Below are positions 56,995 to 64,000 of a DNA stretch of 64,000 bases, one piece after another. The stretch's first letter is position 1; the number at the start of each line of letters is the position of its first letter. Origin of the DNA: an uncultured Collinsella sp. (GTDB lineage: Bacteria; Actinomycetota; Coriobacteriia; Coriobacteriales; Coriobacteriaceae); NCBI GenBank assembly GCA_900540845.1, contig UQHS01000001.1:51508-115507 (forward strand). Direction: 5' to 3'. The notes beneath the pieces were generated by a model that worked only from the letters and a program-made list of their open reading frames with translations, did not search any database and was not told where the DNA came from. The position numbers and the translations under genes are program-made.

Positions 56995-59085
56995 ATGGCC
57001 GATCTCACCGACCGCTTTGGCACGATGGTCTTCTCCGAAGACGTCATGAAGAAGTGGCTACCCAAAGACGTGTACAAAAAGCTCGCTGCAACCATCGAGG
57101 AGGGCCAGCCGCTCGACTTGGATGTGGCGAACGCCGTCGCCCATGCCATGAAGGAGTGGGCGATCTCCCACGGCGCCACGCATTACGCGCACTGGTTCCA
57201 GCCGCTCTCCGGCATCACGAGCGAAAAGCACGACAGCTTCCTCGAGCCCAACCACGATGGCACCGCCATCACCAAGTTCTCGGGCAAGGCGCTCATCAAG
57301 GGCGAGCCCGACGCCTCGAGTTTCCCCAACGGCGGCTTGCGCGCCACCTTCGAGGCGCGTGGATATACCGCATGGGACGCCACGAGCCCGGCGTTTATCA
57401 AGGACGATGTGCTGTGCATCCCCACTGCCTTTTGCAGCTACACCGGCGAGGCGCTCGACAAGAAGACCCCGCTGCTGCGCTCCATGACCGTCCTCGACGA
57501 GCAGGCCAAGCGCGTGCTCGCCCTGTTTGGCAAGAAGCCCAAGCGCGTGGTGCCCTCGGTAGGCGATGAGCAGGAGTACTTCCTCATCAAGAAGGACGCC
57601 TATCGCCGCCGCCGGGACCTGGTGATCTGCGGCCGCACGCTGTTCGGCGCCGCCCCGGCTAAGGGCCAGGAGCTCGAGGAGCATTACTTCGGCGCGATTC
57701 GCCCCACTGTCTCCGCCTACATGAAGGACCTCGATAACGAGCTGTGGGCGCTCGGCATCCCGTCCAAGACCAAGCACAACGAGGTAGCGCCCTGCCAGCA
57801 CGAGCTCGCCCCCGTGTACTCTGAGCTCAATGAGGCCGTGGACAACAATCTCCTCGTCATGGAAAAGATGAAGCTCATCGCCAGCCGTCACGACCTCGTG
57901 TGCCTGCTGCACGAGAAACCGTTTGAGGGCATCAACGGAAGCGGCAAGCACAACAACTGGTCGCTCGGCACCGCCGATGAGAACCTGCTCGACCCGGGCG
58001 ACACCCCGTTGGAGAACCTGCAGTTCATCGTGTTCCTTACTGTGGTGATCGAAGCGGTGGACAAGTACCAGGATCTGCTGCGCGCAAGCGTGGCGAGCTG
58101 CGGCAACGATCATCGCCTGGGGGCGAACGAGGCGCCGCCTGCGATCGTGTCGATCTTCCTGGGTGATCAGCTCACCGAGGTCGTCGAGATGATCATGGAC
58201 GGCGAGGCGAGCGTTCACGCCACCACCGACACCCTCACCTTTGGCACAGTGATCCTGCCCAATCTGGAGCAGGACAACACCGACCGCAATCGAACCTCCC
58301 CCTTCGCCTTCACGGGCAACAAGTTCGAGTTCCGCGCCGTGGGCTCCGAGGCGAACGTCTCCGATGCGAATATGGTTCTCGACACCGCCGTCGCGGCGTC
58401 CCTGCGCGACTTCGCCGACGCGCTCGAGGGCACGCCCGAGGACCAGTTCCAGGAGGCGACACTCGCGTACTGCGCCGAGCACCTGCGCGCGCATCGCCGC
58501 ATCCTCTTCTCGGGCGACGGTTACTCCGATGCGTGGGAGAAGGAGGCCGAGGAGCGCGGCCTGTGCAACTTCCGCACCACCGCCGACGCCCTGCCCGCGT
58601 TCGTCGCCGAGAAGAACATCAAGCTCTTCTCCGAGATGGGCGTGCTCACCGAGGTTGAGACCGTGTGCCGCTACGAGGTGAAGCTCGAGAAGTACAACAA
58701 GCTCATGAACATCGAGGCGACCACGATGGTGCGCGAGGCGCGCCGCACGTACCGCCCGGTGATCACCGCTTACGCCACCAAGGTCGCCAAGGGTCTGGAG
58801 ACCATCCGCGCCGCTGGCGCCGAGGTCGCGATGGCCTCCGAGCAGGCCACGCTCAACGAGTTGTGCGAGGGCATCACTGCCATCAACGAGTCCATCGCGC
58901 GTCTGGACGAGGCGCATGCCAAGGCGGAGTCCATGGCCGACGCCCAGCTGCAGGCGAATTGCTACGCGCATGAGGTCGCACCCGTCATGGCCGACCTGCG
59001 GGCCGCCGTTGACGCGATGGAAGAAATCGTGGCGGCTGATTACTGGCCGGTGCCGACCTACGATGACATCTTGTTCTACGTGTAG
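56995..59085 (+). CDS. glnN: glutamine synthetase type III
   Basis: 696 aa; [30 protein letters not shown]... and the long GS-III architecture; RBS GAAGGGAG. Confidence 0.85.
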   Translation: MADLTDRFGTMVFSEDVMKKWLPKDVYKKLAATIEEGQPLDLDVANAVAHAMKEWAISHGATHYAHWFQPLSGITSEKHDSFLEPNHDGTAITKFSGKALIKGEPDASSFPNGGLRATFEARGYTAWDATSPAFIKDDVLCIPTAFCSYTGEALDKKTPLLRSMTVLDEQAKRVLALFGKKPKRVVPSVGDEQEYFLIKKDAYRRRRDLVICGRTLFGAAPAKGQELEEHYFGAIRPTVSAYMKDLDNELWALGIPSKTKHNEVAPCQHELAPVYSELNEAVDNNLLVMEKMKLIASRHDLVCLLHEKPFEGINGSGKHNNWSLGTADENLLDPGDTPLENLQFIVFLTVVIEAVDKYQDLLRASVASCGNDHRLGANEAPPAIVSIFLGDQLTEVVEMIMDGEASVHATTDTLTFGTVILPNLEQDNTDRNRTSPFAFTGNKFEFRAVGSEANVSDANMVLDTAVAASLRDFADALEGTPEDQFQEATLAYCAEHLRAHRRILFSGDGYSDAWEKEAEERGLCNFRTTADALPAFVAEKNIKLFSEMGVLTEVETVCRYEVKLEKYNKLMNIEATTMVREARRTYRPVITAYATKVAKGLETIRAAGAEVAMASEQATLNELCEGITAINESIARLDEAHAKAESMADAQLQANCYAHEVAPVMADLRAAVDAMEEIVAADYWPVPTYDDILFYV

Positions 59086-59191
59086 GGTCTCTGCTCTCGC
59101 GCGCAGCAGCACGGAGAACGAGGTGAGCACGGGCGGTCTTTCATGTCCGCCCGCGCTCGCTGCTTAAAGATTCCTTTTGCAGTGTTTGACG

Positions 59192-60124
59192 TTAAGGTTT
59201 GTACCTGGAAATTTTCTCCCAAGTGCATGGAAATCCCATCGCCGCGAGAATGTCGGTCCGCTCGATCGCATTGCTTTTTGCTAGGTAGCCTTCGATGAGC
59301 CTTGCCAGCTCCTTTTTAAATCCGAGGAACCTGTCTTTTGGGAGCAGATATCTCAGAGCGATGACCACTGCGAACAAATCGTTTTTGCCCTGGGTGCACT
59401 GACTGTTCTTTTTCATAATGCCGAGTTTTTGGTGGAGGTCGGTATCGGGGATAACGGAGTGTGTCTTGTGCGTGATGAGACGCTCACCATGCGCACATAC
59501 GTTGCGGAATATAACGGGAATCTTAAGGAACTGCTCGAGTTCCTTCTCGTTGGCTAACATAAACTCCTTGGATACCGCGGCCTTCTCGCCCGGCGCGAGG
59601 AACGAGTACATTTTTGAGATCTGTCCAAACGTGGTGGCGTTGACGAGAACCCATAGAGGTGCGTTATGGTGGCTTGTTCGATAGTGGACGAGATAGCCGT
59701 GGTCGGCGTTCCTGTTTGCCAGCGCGCTAAGAATTCGAATGAGCTTTGTTATGCCCTGGGTGTGCTTTGGTGAGTTTGGATAGTTGCATGGATCCAAATA
59801 GGCGTTTTGCGCTTCCCCATGTTTAGAGCAGAAAGAATACGACACTGCGTTTCTCATCTTGCGTTCGATGTGCGTCAGGTTGCGTAAGAACAGTTCGCGC
59901 AGAGAGAAGTCGAGGTTGTAGAGTGCGACCAGGTTGGAGAACGAGGCGCCTTCTTTATACTTTCGGGTGGAAGGGTCGCGTAGGAGCCACTTATATCCGT
60001 TGATGAGCGCAAAATACCCAATGTCTCGTAGCTGCTCTTCCGCATACGGTGCATCTTCTATAAGAAGGCCGTCGTTACCCAACTTTTCGATTTGCTGTTC
60101 GTATGTCGCGAAGGTTTTGGCCAT
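59192..60124 (-). CDS. Abi_2-family abortive-infection protein (AbiD/AbiF-like)
   Basis: 310 aa; conserved Abi_2 block ...IFRNVCAHGERLI...; first gene of a visibly AT-richer island. Confidence 0.75.
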   Translation of the reverse strand: MAKTFATYEQQIEKLGNDGLLIEDAPYAEEQLRDIGYFALINGYKWLLRDPSTRKYKEGASFSNLVALYNLDFSLRELFLRNLTHIERKMRNAVSYSFCSKHGEAQNAYLDPCNYPNSPKHTQGITKLIRILSALANRNADHGYLVHYRTSHHNAPLWVLVNATTFGQISKMYSFLAPGEKAAVSKEFMLANEKELEQFLKIPVIFRNVCAHGERLITHKTHSVIPDTDLHQKLGIMKKNSQCTQGKNDLFAVVIALRYLLPKDRFLGFKKELARLIEGYLAKSNAIERTDILAAMGFPCTWEKISRYKP

Positions 60125-60133
60125 GACGCCCCT

Positions 60134-60166
60134 TGGAAAAAAGAGAGCCTGCAGGCTCTCTTTCCG
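60134..60166 (-). terminator. perfect palindromic hairpin with T-run located 15 nt upstream of the abi start (terminator/insulator or 5'-UTR structure)
   Basis: AAAGAGAGCCTGCAGGCTCTCTTT; on the minus strand it is followed by TTTTTTCC. Confidence 0.4.
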
Positions 60167-60547
60167 GTCCCAGGCTTCGCAGGTATCTGGAACCTAATCA
60201 CTGGTTAAAAGTATAGGAGTCGTTCCCCGGAAGCCAAAAAGCGGGCGGAGCCGCATCTTGTTCACACAAAAAGAGACCGGATGCCCGCCCGCGTCATAAC
60301 TCTTTGAAGATTTTGTCGGCCTTGCGGTAGTGCATCTCATCCAGCATAGGGGGGCTACGGAAATAAAGAACGGAAGCGCGCGAAGCATGAGACAGCAGGC
60401 GAATTTCTGGGTTGGGTGAGCAGCAATGGCAACGGTCGCATGCTGGCCCCAGAGGTCAACGTTCAAGGGTGTTTATTATCCAATGGTAGAATGCGGGCTA
60501 GTGTTGTAAGTATTTTGGCGATTTGTTGTCTTTTGGACGGAGCGGCT

Positions 60548-63500
60548 ATGTTTGACGGTGCGATCGACATGGATTCAAGGATTGATGCTTGGAAGAAGAA
60601 GCTGCTCGATCTTGGCAAGAGAAATCGACTGTTGAACCATCGGGATACGAAGCGCGGAAGCATCCGCATTGTTTCTCCCAGCTCCCTTGCTCTCTGGCAA
60701 TCCTTCGTCGAGGAGGAGAGTCCCATCGTATTTTCCTACATCAATGAGGAAAGCGAGTTTGACGACGCTGGTGATGGCGGGCAGAAGATTGAAGTGGTTA
60801 GTGGCAACGTCGAAACCAACAAGACCCTCCCCGAGCAGCAAAAGACCCTGCGTTCGCTAAGGAATAAGGCACGATCCTTTTCTAACGAGCAAGGTGTCAA
60901 TGCTCTTTACCTCGCATTCGGATTTCTAAATTGGAAGGAGTCGCCTTCTTCCAAGCAATTCATCCAGTCCCCGCTCATCCTCGTTCCCGTTTACCTGCAG
61001 TGGGAATCGATCGCGTCTCCATTTGAGCTGCGGCTTCATGACGATGAGATCGTCATCAATCCCACCCTCGCCTACAAGATGGAGAATGATTTCGGCGTTA
61101 CGCTCCCTCCCTTTGAGAGTGGCGACTCACCTGCAGATTACTTCAATACCTTGAATAGACTTGTAGCCTCGCAGGGATGGAGTGTTGAGCAGGGCACCTG
61201 CCTTACGCTACTTTCCTTCCTAAAGATAAACATGTACAACGATCTCGAAAAGCATCGGGAGTCCATTTCAGAGCACCCTGTCGTTCGGGCCCTAGCTGGC
61301 GATGCTTCAGGATTGACCGTTGATGTCTCGACTCTCGACGGCTATGATCACGACGCAAGCACTACTCCAGCAGACTCTTACCTCATCGTTGACGCCGATG
61401 CTAGTCAGATTGATGCGATTGAATGCGCCAAGATGGGTGCGAGCTTTGTTTTGCAAGGTCCCCCCGGCACCGGGAAGAGCCAAACAATCACGAATATCAT
61501 TGCCGAATGCCTTGCAGACGGCAAGAAGGTCCTGTTCGTTTCTGAGAAGATGGCTGCGCTCGACGTTGTTCATCGCAGACTGAAAGACGCCGGACTTGAA
61601 GATTTTACCCTTGTTCTGCACAGCTATAAAGCGAATAAGAAAGATGTTCTCGATCAGCTGGGGCGTTCGCTCGAGCTATCCGATAACAAGGTCAAGCTCG
61701 CTGACGAGGCATATAGGTCGCTTGATCAGCTGCTTTCCGACAGAAAGAGGCTGAATGATTACTCTTCACAGCTTCACGAGATTATTGCGCCGCTCAACAA
61801 GAGCATCTTTGACGCGAACGGAGAGATTGCCGAATGCTGCGACGTTGAGGATATTGTATTTTCGATTGACGACGTTCGGAATGTTTCTTCCGGTACCTAT
61901 CTGAGCATGTGCGGCGTTCTTAATCGCTATGGCAGCGTCTTAAACTCTATGCACGAGGATATCGAAGAGAATCCTTGGCATGACACACTGCTTACCTTTG
62001 TGGGGAACGAGCTCAGGCACGATTTGGTGTCTAAGGCTGCGATGTGCAAATCCAAGCTGCGGGCAATATTGGCTTTGAGCGACGAGGCGGCGGAGCATTT
62101 TGGTATCGAGGCGGAGTCCCTTCCCAGTTTGAAAAACGCTGCTGCCGCCTTGGGGTCCGCCTCGCGTTCTCCTAAGGTGCTCGCCAGTTGGATAGAATCG
62201 GAAGACCTTGGCTCGCTAGCCCGCGAATGCGAAGTTTGGGACGAGAAGCGTAGACTCCTTTATGGCCTACTCGATGAAATCGAAATCGTTCGTGGGGAGC
62301 TTGGGGAAAAGCGGCTTTGGACTGATAGCGGCGTCCGTCTCTCCAATGATGATCTTAGTGAGCTGCTTGCAGAGTATTCTCGGGATCTTGAGGTGAAGTT
62401 TGGAACGAACGAGATACTTGGGGTTTGGAGAAAGACGGAATCTGTCGATCGCGTTAAAGCGGTCCTAGCCGAACTGAAGGGGCATGCTGACCACCTGGTG
62501 GAATCGAGGCATAGGTCAAGAAGGTCCTTTGCTCGGGATATTGAGCAGATTGATTATCTGCCCGTTCAGCAGCGTTTCGATTCCCGATATGACAGAGATT
62601 TCCTAGAGAAACGGGGTTCCTATCTGACGGATCGCTCAGATCTGAAAAACGTTGTACTCCTGAAATCTACCGTCCTTCATTCAAACAAAGATACTCTTCT
62701 CGCCCTTGAAGGAGCATGCAGGCTCGCTGACCACAGAGCATGGGCGGAGGAATCCCTTGAGTTGGGCGAGTTGTCCGCCCTTGAGGAAGAGATTGCCTCG
62801 ACATGTGAGGCAGAAATCAATCAGATTCCCTATAACGAAATCTACCTTCGTTACAAAACGACCAGCTCATCTTTCGCAAAGATATTTAACTCGCAGTACA
62901 AGAGCGACCGCTCGATGGTCGGTTCGCTCATGAAAGGCCTAAGCGGAAAGCCGACCGATGACCAGGTGCTTTCGGTGCTCTCCATGCTCAGGCGTCGAGA
63001 TGAGTTACTTGTTTGGCGCGACTCCTCTCCTCGTTGGGCAGAGCTTTGTTCATTGGAGTCCGCTTTACGCAACCAGTTTAGCGATGATGTGTTCAGCTTG
63101 GACTATAGGTCCATCTTCCAGCGTTATCGCGATGAGTATGATGACGCTTTCGCTGAAACGTGCTCGCAATACGAAGCGGATCTCTCCCTCTTTGAAAGCT
63201 ACGTAATTCCTGGAACGAGTATCGATCGTCAGATTGTTGTTGATGAAATCACGCTGCTTTCGGATATCTCTGGGGAAAGGCGATGGTTCGAGGAAAACGA
63301 TGAATTCCTGAAGAGGCTTCTTGGTGACTGCTACCTTCGAGAGGAGACAGATTTCGATTCGCTGGATTCCGTGTATCGTACGTTTGCGCTTCTTTGCCGT
63401 TGCGATGTGGCCCGTTGCAATGCCCTCGCCCTTCTTGCCTCGTCAAAGGCTGAGCATGCGTCGTTTTTACAAAAGTATGGGCCTGATTATGTTGGCATCT

Positions 63501-64000
63501 GTTCCGACTGGGGCACCTTGATTTCTAAGATTAATTGGGCGCGAGAATTTTCCGCTTTCGTCGCGGCTGAAGGCATCACGGTTACTTGGGACTTCGTTGC
63601 CCGGTCCTGCGAAGATCGGGATTTCGCTACACGCTGTGGTGATCTTAAGGTTAGAATCGAAGCGGCTCTCGAAGACGTGGAAAAAACGGTTGCCTGGTTT
63701 GCCAATCTTTTTGAGGCTGATTCTGACGTTGGGGGAATGCCAGTCTCGCGGCTTTTTGACAAATTGGAGGCGTGTTCGGAAAACCTTGAGGCTCTTGAGG
63801 AAATTCTCGACTACCGAAAGGTGAGGGCAGACTGTGATGCACTTGGACTTGGTGGCTGCATTGCAGCCCTAGAGACGGCAGAAATACCTCATGATCGCAT
63901 TATTCCAGTTTTCAAGAAGCGCTTCTTTAGGTTATGGCTTGATAGCGTTTTGCCTGATTATCCTGCAGTTGCGAGCTTTCGTCATCGAACTCAGGAAGAG
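60548..64000 (+). CDS. DUF4011-domain Upf1-like SF1 helicase, 3' end beyond window (at least 1151 aa)
   Basis: N-terminal DUF4011 pattern (WKKKLLDLGKRNRLLNHRD...GVNALYLAFGFLNWKE...SPLILVPVYL); Walker A FVLQGPPGTGKSQTI of AAA_11; frame open to the window end; RBS GGACGGAGCGG. Confidence 0.7.
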   Translation, partial: MFDGAIDMDSRIDAWKKKLLDLGKRNRLLNHRDTKRGSIRIVSPSSLALWQSFVEEESPIVFSYINEESEFDDAGDGGQKIEVVSGNVETNKTLPEQQKTLRSLRNKARSFSNEQGVNALYLAFGFLNWKESPSSKQFIQSPLILVPVYLQWESIASPFELRLHDDEIVINPTLAYKMENDFGVTLPPFESGDSPADYFNTLNRLVASQGWSVEQGTCLTLLSFLKINMYNDLEKHRESISEHPVVRALAGDASGLTVDVSTLDGYDHDASTTPADSYLIVDADASQIDAIECAKMGASFVLQGPPGTGKSQTITNIIAECLADGKKVLFVSEKMAALDVVHRRLKDAGLEDFTLVLHSYKANKKDVLDQLGRSLELSDNKVKLADEAYRSLDQLLSDRKRLNDYSSQLHEIIAPLNKSIFDANGEIAECCDVEDIVFSIDDVRNVSSGTYLSMCGVLNRYGSVLNSMHEDIEENPWHDTLLTFVGNELRHDLVSKAAMCKSKLRAILALSDEAAEHFGIEAESLPSLKNAAAALGSASRSPKVLASWIESEDLGSLARECEVWDEKRRLLYGLLDEIEIVRGELGEKRLWTDSGVRLSNDDLSELLAEYSRDLEVKFGTNEILGVWRKTESVDRVKAVLAELKGHADHLVESRHRSRRSFARDIEQIDYLPVQQRFDSRYDRDFLEKRGSYLTDRSDLKNVVLLKSTVLHSNKDTLLALEGACRLADHRAWAEESLELGELSALEEEIASTCEAEINQIPYNEIYLRYKTTSSSFAKIFNSQYKSDRSMVGSLMKGLSGKPTDDQVLSVLSMLRRRDELLVWRDSSPRWAELCSLESALRNQFSDDVFSLDYRSIFQRYRDEYDDAFAETCSQYEADLSLFESYVIPGTSIDRQIVVDEITLLSDISGERRWFEENDEFLKRLLGDCYLREETDFDSLDSVYRTFALLCRCDVARCNALALLASSKAEHASFLQKYGPDYVGICSDWGTLISKINWAREFSAFVAAEGITVTWDFVARSCEDRDFATRCGDLKVRIEAALEDVEKTVAWFANLFEADSDVGGMPVSRLFDKLEACSENLEALEEILDYRKVRADCDALGLGGCIAALETAEIPHDRIIPVFKKRFFRLWLDSVLPDYPAVASFRHRTQEE

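Noticed and set aside
1-64000. Scan for rRNA or tRNA genes in the intergenic regions
   Set aside because: No cloverleaf-compatible segments or rRNA-like conserved stretches recognised by eye; a tRNAscan or cmscan run would be needed to be certain

Overview
High-GC (about 65 %) actinobacterial chromosome segment; the gene content (gltBD plus type III glnN, class III fbp, ppc, hisS-aspS, metF-metH, Etf-linked lactate dehydrogenase, TPP-riboswitch thiamine-precursor ABC transporter, feoAAB) fits a Coriobacteriia / Eggerthellaceae-like gut anaerobe. Most of the window is housekeeping, broken by several accessory patches. (1) 5.9-10.6 kb: a corrinoid-capture-like locus with a candidate cobalamin riboswitch, a surface-anchored DUF4430 + beta-propeller protein and a second membrane-anchored DUF4430 protein, flanked by three gene fragments (aldo-keto reductase, histidine phosphatase, NADH oxidase). 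(2) About 23 kb: a lower-GC DUF4143 AAA ATPase preceded by three 23-bp tandem repeats. (3) 38.7-42.4 kb: an XRE regulator divergent from a 1008-aa P-loop ATPase with a C-terminal SARP-type DNA-binding module, with two pairs of direct repeats in the shared promoter region. (4) 48.7-50.3 kb: a very GC-rich ISL3-family insertion sequence with imperfect terminal inverted repeats and an 8-bp target duplication, 158 bp upstream of the metF operon. (5) 59.1 kb to the window end: a clearly AT-richer island with an Abi_2 abortive-infection gene and a >1150-aa DUF4011 Upf1-like SF1 helicase, truncated by the window edge; this is the best candidate for a poorly described defence system. Other items: a recurrent promoter-like motif with palindromic TTTTCGCCGAAAA-type boxes in two intergenic regions, a MITE-like inverted-repeat pair in the ybjQ-zupT promoter region, a peptide-deformylase homologue lacking the catalytic Glu, and an FMN reductase frameshifted at a C6 homopolymer. 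No rRNA, tRNA or CRISPR was recognised.
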